DNA of 64,000 nt from a virus, in IMG/VR virus record IMGVR_UViG_3300032285_003395, positions 1-64,000 of that record; one strand, written 5' to 3'. The notes below the pieces were generated by a model. That model was not told where the DNA came from, made no database searches, and saw only the letters and a program-made list of their open reading frames with translations. The translations under genes were made by a program, and so were the position numbers. This document shows, piece by piece, positions 1-10,388 of the stretch (the first letter of the stretch is position 1; every line of letters begins with the position of its first letter).

Positions 1-87
1 ACATATCAAGGTCAATGTTTTTATACAACAGGATATTTCTTTACTTGTGTTTCTGATGATGTATGGATTAGATTAAAAAGACAATAA
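1..87 (+). CDS. 3' end of an upstream gene, probably a tail/fibre protein (partial)
   Basis: Frame 1 is open from the window edge (TYQGQCFYTTGYFFTCVSDDVWIRLKRQ*); its TAA overlaps the next ATG (TAATG). Confidence 0.6.
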   Translation, partial: TYQGQCFYTTGYFFTCVSDDVWIRLKRQ

Positions 88-1802
88 TGGTGCCTAGTAC
101 AACTGCTAATATTTTAAGATATACTAAAACCAATCCAAGCAAAGTATATACAGCATGGACAAGACCTTCTGATTGGTTAACTATACCTAGTATAGCAACA
201 GGTGAACAAGTAATATATCTTTTATATGGTGTATTAGATAACGATTCAAACTATATGGCTTTACTTTGTCAAGGTAACTATACGGTAGATTGGGGGGATG
301 GTACTATTGAAAATATCTCAACAAACGTTAAAGCTCAACATCAGTATACATTTAGCTCTATCCCGTCAAGTACAACTACAAGTGAGGGATATAGACAAGT
401 ATTGATTAAGATAACACCACAATCAGGACAAAATTTAACAGTTGTCAATTTAAACCAAAGACATTCTTTCTATTCAGCTACAAATATAGCTACTGTTTTA
501 GATATGGTGTTAAATATACCAAATGTTTCAGGAGCAAATTTAACAATATCTAGTAGTTCCCCAGTTGTATTATATGCACGTTGTAAAAGATTTTGGGTAA
601 ACCAAATTGGAGCTATAAACACTACAAACTATTTGTTAAATGGTTTTAGAGATTTAGAAAGTATTCCATTGTTTGACACTAGTAGTGTAACAAACTTTGC
701 ATATATGTTTTATAACTGTTATTCATTACAAACAATTCCTTTGTTTAATACTGCAGCAGCTATTTCATTTTCAAATATGTTTAATAGTTGTTTAAGTTTA
801 TTAACTATACCATTGTTAAATAGTGCTAATGTAACAACAATGGATAGTATGTTTGTTTCATGTTATTCTCTACAATCTGTTCCTTTGTTAAACACATCAA
901 AGGTAACTAGTATGGCTAATATGTTTTTAAATTGTGGTTCATTACAATCTGTTCCATTATTTGATACATCTAATGTAACAGGAATGAATACAATGTTTTA
1001 TAATTGTAGTGCATTACAATCTGTACCTAATTTTAATACAACAAAGGTTACAGTAATGAATAATATGTTTTTAAACTGTAGTTCATTAATAACAGCCCCA
1101 ACATTAACCACATCAAATGTAACCAATATAGGTGGTATGTTTCAAGGATGTGGATTTTTAATATCTATACCTTATATGGATACATCTAAAGCAACTTTAA
1201 TGGGAAATATGTTTAATGGATGTAAATCTCTTCAATATTTACCAAACTTAAATACTTCAGCATCGACAGATTTAAGTGGTATATTTAATGGTTGTAATTG
1301 TTTAAAATCCATACCAACTTTTGACTTTAGTAAAGCAGCATCATTAAATAGTTCATTTTTTGGTTGTAGTAATATACAAAGTGTAGATATATCAGCACCT
1401 CTAGTTACAGGTTCAAATTCAGGTAATAATACATTTTATGGGTGTTCTAATATTAAAAAAATAAAAGTTTATACGCCTTTACTAACAGATGCACCTGGGT
1501 TTATTATAGGATGTTCAAATTTAACAGATTTAGAAATAGAATCTAGTTCATGGGCTACCAATGGTCTAAATACTGTTTCTGCTGGAGTAACAACACTCAC
1601 AAGAGTCATATTAACCAATATGAAAATATCTTTTAACGTGAGTAACAATAAACTATCTGCAAAGGCCATAAACGATTTAGGTAATTCTGTAGCTAATAGA
1701 GTAGGATTTACTTCGCCAACAGTTACTTTAACAGGAAATCCAGGTACAGCAACAATGACAACATCAATATGGACAGCTAAAAACTGGACAGTAGTTATAT
1801 AA
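87..1802 (+). CDS. DUF285/BspA-like leucine-rich repeat protein, putative receptor-binding/adhesion protein
   Basis: About ten ~24-aa repeats of the type LFDTSxVTxMxxMFxNCxSLxxVP, and an N-terminal PKD-like TVDWGDGT motif. Confidence 0.8.
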   Translation: MVPSTTANILRYTKTNPSKVYTAWTRPSDWLTIPSIATGEQVIYLLYGVLDNDSNYMALLCQGNYTVDWGDGTIENISTNVKAQHQYTFSSIPSSTTTSEGYRQVLIKITPQSGQNLTVVNLNQRHSFYSATNIATVLDMVLNIPNVSGANLTISSSSPVVLYARCKRFWVNQIGAINTTNYLLNGFRDLESIPLFDTSSVTNFAYMFYNCYSLQTIPLFNTAAAISFSNMFNSCLSLLTIPLLNSANVTTMDSMFVSCYSLQSVPLLNTSKVTSMANMFLNCGSLQSVPLFDTSNVTGMNTMFYNCSALQSVPNFNTTKVTVMNNMFLNCSSLITAPTLTTSNVTNIGGMFQGCGFLISIPYMDTSKATLMGNMFNGCKSLQYLPNLNTSASTDLSGIFNGCNCLKSIPTFDFSKAASLNSSFFGCSNIQSVDISAPLVTGSNSGNNTFYGCSNIKKIKVYTPLLTDAPGFIIGCSNLTDLEIESSSWATNGLNTVSAGVTTLTRVILTNMKISFNVSNNKLSAKAINDLGNSVANRVGFTSPTVTLTGNPGTATMTTSIWTAKNWTVVI

Positions 1803-1818
1803 TTAAAATGTTATTAAT

Positions 1819-2025
1819 ATGGATAAACAACCAGGATTTTACAAAAATGAAAATGGAGATTGGATATATGCTTCAACAAAAGTTATATTCCCAGATACTT
1901 CTGAAATACTAGTAGAAAACTATCAGGATTATGAATATCCAATAAATGGATGGGAATACTATGAGTATCCTCCTCAAGAATATATTGATTATATTAATAA
2001 GTTAAATCTAGAATTAATTAGTTAA
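1819..2025 (+). CDS. small protein accompanying the tail fibre (hypothetical)
   Basis: 68-aa ORF with GFYK...YEYPINGWEYY directly after the repeat protein. Confidence 0.55.
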   Translation: MDKQPGFYKNENGDWIYASTKVIFPDTSEILVENYQDYEYPINGWEYYEYPPQEYIDYINKLNLELIS

Positions 2026-2055
2026 AAAATATTTAATAATAAAAAAATTTTTATT

Positions 2056-2063
2056 TATATTTG
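2056..2063 (+). promoter_or_regulatory. Bacteroidota-type -7 promoter element (TATATTTG)
   Basis: Matches the TAnnTTTG consensus in intergenic DNA. Confidence 0.4.
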
Positions 2064-2119
2064 TATCATTTATGTACACCTTAAAATAAAATAATTTTAT
2101 GTATTTGTAAAAAAACATT

Positions 2120-2129
2120 TACTTTTGCA
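2120..2129 (+). promoter_or_regulatory. Bacteroidota-type -7 promoter element (TACTTTTGCA)
   Basis: TAnnTTTG plus CA just upstream of ATG 2146; the same extended TAnnTTTGCA form occurs at three other intergenic sites. Confidence 0.6.
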
Positions 2130-2145
2130 TAAAAAATATAAATAT

Positions 2146-3414
2146 ATGGTATCAAATGACACTTTAAATAGATACATTGCTTGGAAAGAACAAAATAAAA
2201 TGTACCTTAATTTAGGTAGACCAAGCAAAAAAACTTTATTAAGAAAATTAAATAAAAGTGGTTTTAATTTAACTTTTGATGAGTTAAATTATTTAATACA
2301 ACAATCTGGCAGAAGTGTTAGAAAAAATACTGAAATTAGTCAAGGAACTAATATTTGGGTTCCTGCTGAAATGGTAGATACAGTTAAGGAGTTAAATGCC
2401 ATATATAGAGAAAGTAAAAATATTGGATTACCTGTAGAAGATGTAAAGCATGGTTGGTTAAAAACACAAGATGCTTCTATGTTTTTTACTAATCCTTTGT
2501 ATAAAGGAGAAGAAGCTTTTGATATTAATTCTATTGATTTTAAAAACTTATTTAATAATTTAATAGAAAATATAGATATACCTGTTAAAGAAAATAATTT
2601 TTCAGGAGAATTTGATAAGCTTGTGATTAGTGATATTCATATTGGTATGGATGCATCTAATGGAGGGGAGTCTTTATATGATGTCAATTGGAATAAAGAA
2701 GAATTATTTAAAAACTTAGAAATATGTATTAAACATGTTGTTGAGTTTCAAAAATCTAAGATTCTTTATATTGCAGAACTAGGAGATTTTGCAGATGGTT
2801 GGGATGGTTATACTACAAGAGGTGGTCATAAGTTACCTCAAAATATGAGTAATAATGAAGTTTTTGAAAATGGTTTGTTATTTAAAATAAATCTAGTTCA
2901 AAACTTATTAAAGTATTATGATAAAATAATATTTAGATCTGTAGTAAATAATAACCATGGGGGTGCATTTGATGAGATTATTAGTACAGCTTTTTATCAT
3001 TATTGTAAAGTATCTTTTAATGATAGAGTTGAAGTAATAACTCAAAAAAAATTTTTAGACTATGAAATTATAAATAATAGATTATTTATTTATTGTCATG
3101 GTAAAGATAAACAACACATGAAGTTTGGATTTAAAGTTAAGATTAATTCACAACAAATAAATAAAATTTTAGGATATTTAAATGCAAATAATTTGTTAAA
3201 TAAAGGTTATGATATTTTTTTTTTTAAAGGAGATTCTCACCAAATGTTATTTGACTATTCAAGTTCAGATGTATTTAAATATTTTAACTTTCCTAGCTTT
3301 GCTCCTCAATCTGACTGGGTTGCACATAATTTTCAAAGAGGAACTAATGGTTTTGTATTCTTTAATTATAGAAAAGATGGAGTTAGTATAAATGATAAAT
3401 TTTTTACTAATTAA
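2146..3414 (+). CDS. calcineurin-like metallophosphoesterase
   Basis: Motifs SDIHIG, LGDFADG, NNNH, HGKD and GDSH. Start moved from TTG 2125 to ATG 2146 because 2125 lies inside the promoter box. Confidence 0.8.
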   Translation: MVSNDTLNRYIAWKEQNKMYLNLGRPSKKTLLRKLNKSGFNLTFDELNYLIQQSGRSVRKNTEISQGTNIWVPAEMVDTVKELNAIYRESKNIGLPVEDVKHGWLKTQDASMFFTNPLYKGEEAFDINSIDFKNLFNNLIENIDIPVKENNFSGEFDKLVISDIHIGMDASNGGESLYDVNWNKEELFKNLEICIKHVVEFQKSKILYIAELGDFADGWDGYTTRGGHKLPQNMSNNEVFENGLLFKINLVQNLLKYYDKIIFRSVVNNNHGGAFDEIISTAFYHYCKVSFNDRVEVITQKKFLDYEIINNRLFIYCHGKDKQHMKFGFKVKINSQQINKILGYLNANNLLNKGYDIFFFKGDSHQMLFDYSSSDVFKYFNFPSFAPQSDWVAHNFQRGTNGFVFFNYRKDGVSINDKFFTN

Positions 3415-3431
3415 AAAATAATATTTAATAA

Positions 3432-3656
3432 ATGAATTTTTATTATACTAATGGTGGACAAATAAATAATGATCAATTTCAAACTGATCAACCATATCAT
3501 TTATTTGATGAAAATAATAATAAACAAGAAAGAGTAATTGATTTAAAACAATTATATGTATATTTTATGAATCACCCACTTTGTAAAGTACAAAACTTTC
3601 CTTATAATTTATTTAAGGAATATTATACCAAGTGGATTGAAGAACAATATAAATAA
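3432..3656 (+). CDS. hypothetical protein
   Basis: 74-aa ORF that tiles between neighbouring genes. Confidence 0.6.
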   Translation: MNFYYTNGGQINNDQFQTDQPYHLFDENNNKQERVIDLKQLYVYFMNHPLCKVQNFPYNLFKEYYTKWIEEQYK

Positions 3657-3667
3657 ATTAAAATACT

Positions 3668-4348
3668 ATGACAATAAGAGAAATTATTAATGGTTTTAGG
3701 GTACCAATAGATAAAGGTTTTCCAACTGATGATAGTGGTTTTTCTAATGCTTATATTTATCATTTAATGAAAATTTGTAGAGGAGTTTTGTTATATGAAA
3801 AATTAAAAGATCCAGATTATAACTATAGTTTAAATTTACAAACTTTAGAGTGTGTAGAATTAGAATTAGCTGATACTAATGAATGTTGTGAAAAACTTCC
3901 TTCAGGATGTAAATGGTTAAAATCTAAACATAAAATACCTAACACTATTAATAATATTATTACTACTGTTTACAATGACAGAGGTGATACTTATTCAAGA
4001 ATTGTATTTGAGTCTTCTAAATCTTTTAGAAGATATAATAATTTAGGAATTACAGAAAATCATTTTAAATTTTTAATTAAAAATAATCATTTATTTGTAC
4101 CTGATTTAAATAGTCCACAATGGGTTAAAGTTCAAGCTTTATTTTATGATGACTATGAGGTAAAAAATATTTGTGGGGAAGTTTGTAATTTTTTAGACAC
4201 AGAGTTTCCTATTGATGAAAGATTATTAGATAAGATGTATAGTATGATGGCAGATAAGATCTTAAAAACTTATCTATACTTTAGTAGAGATACTATTAAT
4301 AATGCCTTAAATGATGATGGTAATGACAATGCGAAAGCAGGTAAATAA
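3668..4348 (+). CDS. crAss-like structural (ring/neck) protein
   Basis: Lies before the IHF-like, tail tubular and stabilisation genes; has QTLECVEL and EFPID motifs resembling crAss ring proteins. Confidence 0.6.
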   Translation: MTIREIINGFRVPIDKGFPTDDSGFSNAYIYHLMKICRGVLLYEKLKDPDYNYSLNLQTLECVELELADTNECCEKLPSGCKWLKSKHKIPNTINNIITTVYNDRGDTYSRIVFESSKSFRRYNNLGITENHFKFLIKNNHLFVPDLNSPQWVKVQALFYDDYEVKNICGEVCNFLDTEFPIDERLLDKMYSMMADKILKTYLYFSRDTINNALNDDGNDNAKAGK

Positions 4349-4712
4349 ACCTTTAAAATATTTTTCTATATATGATGCAGCTAAGAAATCATCTTATAAA
4401 GATAAAATATTGTATTTAAAAGTTATTACAGAAATTTTTAAAGTTGCCATAGAAATATTATTAATAAAACATAGATTACAATTACTTAATATAGGTTCAT
4501 TTAAAATAATAGGATACAAATCAAATAAAAAATTAGTTGATTTTGGCTTAACAAAAAAATTAGGAAAGACAGTATTTTTTACTAATTTTCATACTAATAG
4601 ATTTAGATATAAGTTAAGTTATTTTCATAGTATGATTAATACTTATTATAAATTTGTTCCTTATAGAAAATTAAATAGAGACTTAGCTAAAACATTAAAA
4701 GAAGATGAATAA
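4311..4712 (+). CDS. IHF/HU-like DNA-binding protein (start probably 4323 or 4329)
   Basis: Basic protein with LQLLNIGSFKI and KFVPYRKL HU-like strands, at the typical crAss position before the tail tubular gene. Confidence 0.65.
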   Translation: MMMVMTMRKQVNKPLKYFSIYDAAKKSSYKDKILYLKVITEIFKVAIEILLIKHRLQLLNIGSFKIIGYKSNKKLVDFGLTKKLGKTVFFTNFHTNRFRYKLSYFHSMINTYYKFVPYRKLNRDLAKTLKEDE

Positions 4713-5655
4713 TTTACAATTTACAAGTATTTCTACAGTTATTGAAAACTGGAAACAAATAGCTCCAAATGAACTTAATTTTAATGAAGAATTAATGACA
4801 GAGTGGATTATAGATGCTTATTATGAAATAGGTACTTATAAACAATATAAAGAAAAAGTTCAACATTTAACTGTAAAAGATTTTAAAGTTGAATTACCTT
4901 GTGGTTTTAAAGAAAGTTTATATGTATTAGCTAAACCTAGAAATGAGGCACAAGAACAATTCTTTTTAACAGAATTAATTAAACAAGACTTTAATAATCC
5001 TGACTGTACTTGGACTTATAAAAAAACTTGTAAATGTGGAGATTCTTGTTCTTGTGATAAAAGTTATATAGAAACTAATGGATGGTTATATATTACTAAC
5101 CTAGAAAAAGCTAAAGCATTACAATTTGCTAGTGTTAAAGACTTTACTCCTTGGTTTGAAAAAAATAGAAATGAATGGTTAATATTACAACCAAAGAAAA
5201 ATGAAATGTCTTTACTTAGACATGTTAATAAACAATTTGAGCAAGATTTAAGACCTCAAAGTACTTTTACAATTGATAATGGTTATTTAATATGTGATTA
5301 TAAAGAAGCTCAAATATTAATAGGTTATTTAGCTTTACCATTAGATGATAATGATTTACCTTTAATTCCTAACACTAAAAATTATATATCTGCATTAATT
5401 GCAGCTATAGAGGAAAAACTAGCTTATATACAATATAGAAAAAGTAAATCTAATGCTGATTTAAATTTCTTTCAAATAGCTCAAAAAGAATATATTAAAT
5501 ATAGAATTAAAGCTAGAGAAGATATGAATAATCAAACATTTGATGAAATGTGGGCTATGGGTGAAGCTACTAATCAATTCTTAGTTCCTAATTCATATCA
5601 TGGTTTAGATCAAAGAAAGTCACAAACAATATATAATGGATTTACAAAATACTAA
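4705..5655 (+). CDS. tail tubular/ring protein (P22 gp4-like, crAss Ttub)
   Basis: Synteny plus FTSISTV, VELPCGF and YLALPLDDNDLPLIP motifs. Confidence 0.7.
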   Translation: MNNLQFTSISTVIENWKQIAPNELNFNEELMTEWIIDAYYEIGTYKQYKEKVQHLTVKDFKVELPCGFKESLYVLAKPRNEAQEQFFLTELIKQDFNNPDCTWTYKKTCKCGDSCSCDKSYIETNGWLYITNLEKAKALQFASVKDFTPWFEKNRNEWLILQPKKNEMSLLRHVNKQFEQDLRPQSTFTIDNGYLICDYKEAQILIGYLALPLDDNDLPLIPNTKNYISALIAAIEEKLAYIQYRKSKSNADLNFFQIAQKEYIKYRIKAREDMNNQTFDEMWAMGEATNQFLVPNSYHGLDQRKSQTIYNGFTKY

Positions 5656-5657
5656 TT

Positions 5658-8600
5658 ATGCCTAATAAAAATGATATAGAAGATTTATTAAGGAATGTTA
5701 ATAAAACTAGAACTCTTCAAGATTCAACAAATTATAGCTTTAATAAAGGTATGAATCAGGATACTCCTATAGATTCACAACCTAAAGATACTTATAGAGC
5801 TGCATTAAATATGGTAAGAGAGTCTTCTGAAGGAGATGAAAATTATCTTACTTCTGAATATTCTAATACATTTAGAATAACTCTTCCAGGTAAAGTATTA
5901 CATTCTAATTTAATAAAATCTATTGATAAAGTAGTTTTATTTTTAGATACTAATGAAATTGGTATTTATGATCCTAATGCAAATACTTATACTAAATTAT
6001 ATGCTTCTCCAGATTTAAATTTTACTATTTATTTAGAGTCTGTATCATTTACTAAAACAGAGTGTGAAGATATTGTATTAATATTCTGGGATAATTTAAA
6101 TAGAGTTAGAAATATAAATGTTTCTAAGTTTTTAAAAAATGGTCCTGGCTCTGGTCCTGTAGAAGAACTAGAGTTATTTAAAACAGCAGATACTTGTATT
6201 AAATTAAGTAATGTTAGTTTTACTGAAAATGCTGCTTATAATGTAGATGCAGGAGTTTATAGACCTTTTATTCAATATGAAGATGAAGATGGTAATACTA
6301 CTAATTATTACATTATTAATGAAAATATTCCACTAATAGAAGATTATATTACAGGATCTTTTCAATATATAGATGGTAATGAACCTAAAAAATTAAATAA
6401 AAGTATTGTATTACATTTTGATAGTATAGATACTAAATATCCTTATATTAATATAGGGTTTATAAAAACTGTAGGAGGTGTTTCTACAGCATTTAAATTT
6501 AAAAGTAGACAACCTGTTAAACCTTCTTTAACAATTAATTATGAAGGTGATACAATTTTTGACACAACTATAGATTTACAGGAAGTTTTAAATAAAAGAG
6601 CTTTTTATTTATCTGCAAATAGTGGATTAATTTATAATAATAGATTATTACTTGGTGGAGTAAAAGGAATTAAAAATGTTGACTATCAACATTATGCAAA
6701 TAATATAACTGTTAAATATGTAACAGGAAAAATTAATTTAACTTCTACTAAAGGATATAAAAACCCAGAGCATGTTATCCATCATAAGTCTTGGATGAGA
6801 GATGAAAATTATATGCTAGGTATTGTATTGGAATTTGAAGATATGTCAGAGTCTGCAGTATTTCCTTTAGTTAATACAAAATATCCTGACTTTCCAGAGT
6901 TTACAGGTCCTGAGGGAGAAAGACCTGAGACTAATGATACTAATTTATGTTGTAATACTGAAAGAAAATATTGGAAAGAAGTTAATACTGCTAAAAGAAC
7001 TTATTATAACCCAAATGCAGTTGATTTAAGTGTATTAGATTATTGTTCTGGATCAATAGATAATAATGAAAATACTATTAGATCTGAAGGATATTTAGGT
7101 TATTTTGAATCAGAAGAAAGATACCCTGTAATACCAAGATGTAATGTAACTCCTGGATCTTTAAATCCTAATGATTATATGTATCCTACAGAAGTTATAA
7201 ATGGTGTAGTTGTTGGTAAGAATATTACATTATTTAAAATGCCAGATTCTACTATAGAACCATTTCATAATAATTTATTAGAAAATTATTCTGTTAATAG
7301 TTACATAAATACATATAAAAGTAGATATGAAGATTTAGAAATTTATCCCTTAGGTTTAAAATTGGATAATGTAATAATGCCTACATTAACAGAAACTGGT
7401 GGAGTTAAAGTTACAGGTTATAGATTAGTATATGTTAGAAGAGATTCATATAATAAATCAATTCAAGATAAAGGTTGGTTTGTTGAAATGTTTAAAAATA
7501 ATTTAAATGGTCAAGATTTTATTTATCCTAAACATAATGTAAACTCAGCAGCTAAATGGGATTATTTTAGTAACATTAGAAATAGAGATATTGAAGGATC
7601 TAATCCTATACATGACTTTGTTAGTAATTGTGGATATGGAACTCACTATAATAAAGGTATGATGTTTTATGGTGGTAATACTTTATCTTATCAACAAGGA
7701 TTAAATATTAACCACGTTAAAATAGAGCAACAATATAATACTTTAGGATTTTATATAGATTCTATAAGACATCAAAATTCTGATAGATATTCTACATGGG
7801 GAGATGATACTTATGATCCTTCAACTTTCTTGGATAAAGATGGAAGATTTAGAGCTAGTGCTATACAAATTTATAATTTATATAATTATGGATATAATCA
7901 ATTAACAAATGGAAGTATAGATAAAAGTCAAGGTTATTTTAATAGAACAGAAAATATTTATCAATTTAAAAATATTTGTATAGATAATTATTCTTATGTA
8001 AAAGATAATGTAATATTAAATAAAATATTAGGAGCTGAATATTCATTAGTAAATTATTATAGAGAAAGTGGCTTATTTTTAGATTTTAAAAATACAACAG
8101 ATTTATCTTTTAATAAAGCTTATAAAAATTATACTTTTGAATGTACTATAAATTCTACTACAATTGTTAATATTCCTAATACTACATTACCTCCAGGAAC
8201 AATTATTACTCTTACTGATTTTGGATATGGTTGTTTACCTGAGGATAGTGCTGTATTTGGACCTATTGGTAGACAATATACTGTTATAAATAGTACTACC
8301 TTAGAAGTTATAGGTACACCTTTTGATCCTTCTAAAATAGGAACTATTTGTGATTACTTAACTTTTAGTGCACCATCTAATAGGGAATATTTTAACTCAG
8401 ATACAAGTTCTAAAAAATGTACTTGTGTTTTAACTCCTGAATATTATTATGATCATTATTTAGATAATGCTTCTACTACTCGTATATTAGATCAATGTAA
8501 TGAAGGATACATTTATTATGGATCTATAAAAAATAATTTACCTAGTCAATATGGAAGTATTAATGATATGTTTTTTATTGATACAGGATTAAAAGCTTGT

Positions 8601-10388
8601 GCTAACCAAACTAGTGTTACAGGATTTTATGGAGATAGTTATATTAATACTTTTTCTTTTATTAGAACAGGTGTTACAGGAATGTTAGAAGACTCTGCTA
8701 TTAATGATAGTAATACTGTTTGGGCAGATAAATATGAACCTAAATATACTATTACTAATATTATTGGAAGAGGTAACAGTTCTTATCTATTAAATTTATT
8801 TTTACCACAAAAAGCAAATGTTACTTTATTAAATACTATTATAGAATCTGATGTTAATTTAGATTTAAGATATGAAGGCCCAACATATAATGAACTATAT
8901 TATCCTAAATTAGCTAATGGTAAATATAAACTATATTCTACTAGAAAATATGAGTATGCAGAAGATTGTTTCTTAAATACTTATTTTTATGAATTATATT
9001 GTAATAATGCTCAAGATAATTGTACTTCTACAAGTTATGAATTTGTTGAATATAATGATTCTTATAAAAACTTTCATAACAATGTTATTCATTTAAATAC
9101 TGATTATAATGAATTAAATGGTATGAGATACTATTTAATGAAACCTATTAATAGTACTTATAAAGTTTGTGATTGTAATAATGAATATGATAATAGAATT
9201 ATTATATCTTCTGCAGATAATCAATCAGTTGGTAGATTAAACTATAGTAAATTCTTGAAAAATGATTTTATTACTTTACCTCATAAAGAAGGTAAACTTA
9301 CAAAACTTTTAAAAGAGAGTCAAATATTATATGCACATACTACAGATAATATTTGGAAACTACTAACTTTAGAGTCTAAATTACAAGCTAATAATAACTT
9401 AGTATACTTAGGTACTAATGACTTTTTATCTGCTCAGCAATTAGAGTTATTTGCTTCTAGTGAGGGTTATGCAGGATTACAAGATAAAAGATTTTCATTT
9501 CAAAACAATGTAGGATATTTTTTCATAGATTTAAAAAATCAAACTATGAATTTATTTTCTAATAACCAATTAGATTCTATATCTACTTATGGAATGAATT
9601 CTTTTTTTAAAACTTACTTAAAACCTTATTATAATTCTTATAGTCAAAAATTACCTTTATCTAATATACAATTAAGATTTAGTTATGATTATAGACATAA
9701 AAGATTATTATTTACAGATGTATTAAATGAGTATACTATATCTTATTATCCAGAATATAAAGCTTTTTATTCTTACCATTCTTATTTACCAGCTGCTTAT
9801 ATTCAAAATAGAGATACTTTCTTTAGTCAAGATAATAATAATGATTTATACATACATGAAGATAATTTTAATTCATATAGAAAATTTTATGGGCAACATT
9901 ATCCAAGTATAGTAGATTCTGTATTTACTTATTTTCCAATGAATTATACTACATTACAAAACATTGGAATTAAGATGGATGTTTATAACAATGTAAATGA
10001 TCAATTAATATTAGTTGATGAGCCACCAACAAGTGTATCTGTTTGGACAAATAGACAACATTCTGGAGAAGTATTCTTAAAAACTCCTGTAAATATAGAT
10101 TATATGTCTAATGTAGTGTTAGATAACCAACCACATAATATTATTAATGGAATGGTATTTTGTAATAATTTAATGAATTATGTAGTAGATAGTAGTCAAA
10201 ACTTTTTACAAGGAAGTATCTTTAAATATCCTAATACTAATGTTTCTTTTGCAAAAGATTGGACAAAAGTTGATAGACTAGAAAATGGATTTTTTAATTA
10301 CAGAATTAACATTAATAACAAAGATTTAGAAAATTTAAAATTTATACTTAAATTTACACTTCTTAATTACAATATATCCATGCGTTAA
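5658..10388 (+). CDS. tail stabilisation/muzzle protein (P22 gp10-like, crAss Tstab)
   Basis: N-terminal FNKGMNQD...YRAALN, FWDNLNRVRNIN, NNRLLLG and SWMRDENYMLGIV motifs; C-terminal SYHSYLP; 1576 aa; synteny. Confidence 0.8.
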   Translation: MPNKNDIEDLLRNVNKTRTLQDSTNYSFNKGMNQDTPIDSQPKDTYRAALNMVRESSEGDENYLTSEYSNTFRITLPGKVLHSNLIKSIDKVVLFLDTNEIGIYDPNANTYTKLYASPDLNFTIYLESVSFTKTECEDIVLIFWDNLNRVRNINVSKFLKNGPGSGPVEELELFKTADTCIKLSNVSFTENAAYNVDAGVYRPFIQYEDEDGNTTNYYIINENIPLIEDYITGSFQYIDGNEPKKLNKSIVLHFDSIDTKYPYINIGFIKTVGGVSTAFKFKSRQPVKPSLTINYEGDTIFDTTIDLQEVLNKRAFYLSANSGLIYNNRLLLGGVKGIKNVDYQHYANNITVKYVTGKINLTSTKGYKNPEHVIHHKSWMRDENYMLGIVLEFEDMSESAVFPLVNTKYPDFPEFTGPEGERPETNDTNLCCNTERKYWKEVNTAKRTYYNPNAVDLSVLDYCSGSIDNNENTIRSEGYLGYFESEERYPVIPRCNVTPGSLNPNDYMYPTEVINGVVVGKNITLFKMPDSTIEPFHNNLLENYSVNSYINTYKSRYEDLEIYPLGLKLDNVIMPTLTETGGVKVTGYRLVYVRRDSYNKSIQDKGWFVEMFKNNLNGQDFIYPKHNVNSAAKWDYFSNIRNRDIEGSNPIHDFVSNCGYGTHYNKGMMFYGGNTLSYQQGLNINHVKIEQQYNTLGFYIDSIRHQNSDRYSTWGDDTYDPSTFLDKDGRFRASAIQIYNLYNYGYNQLTNGSIDKSQGYFNRTENIYQFKNICIDNYSYVKDNVILNKILGAEYSLVNYYRESGLFLDFKNTTDLSFNKAYKNYTFECTINSTTIVNIPNTTLPPGTIITLTDFGYGCLPEDSAVFGPIGRQYTVINSTTLEVIGTPFDPSKIGTICDYLTFSAPSNREYFNSDTSSKKCTCVLTPEYYYDHYLDNASTTRILDQCNEGYIYYGSIKNNLPSQYGSINDMFFIDTGLKACANQTSVTGFYGDSYINTFSFIRTGVTGMLEDSAINDSNTVWADKYEPKYTITNIIGRGNSSYLLNLFLPQKANVTLLNTIIESDVNLDLRYEGPTYNELYYPKLANGKYKLYSTRKYEYAEDCFLNTYFYELYCNNAQDNCTSTSYEFVEYNDSYKNFHNNVIHLNTDYNELNGMRYYLMKPINSTYKVCDCNNEYDNRIIISSADNQSVGRLNYSKFLKNDFITLPHKEGKLTKLLKESQILYAHTTDNIWKLLTLESKLQANNNLVYLGTNDFLSAQQLELFASSEGYAGLQDKRFSFQNNVGYFFIDLKNQTMNLFSNNQLDSISTYGMNSFFKTYLKPYYNSYSQKLPLSNIQLRFSYDYRHKRLLFTDVLNEYTISYYPEYKAFYSYHSYLPAAYIQNRDTFFSQDNNNDLYIHEDNFNSYRKFYGQHYPSIVDSVFTYFPMNYTTLQNIGIKMDVYNNVNDQLILVDEPPTSVSVWTNRQHSGEVFLKTPVNIDYMSNVVLDNQPHNIINGMVFCNNLMNYVVDSSQNFLQGSIFKYPNTNVSFAKDWTKVDRLENGFFNYRININNKDLENLKFILKFTLLNYNISMR

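Noticed and set aside
87-1802. Repeats as a CRISPR array or DGR target
   Set aside because: The repeats are degenerate, in-frame protein repeats; no reverse transcriptase or TR/VR pair is visible in the window.
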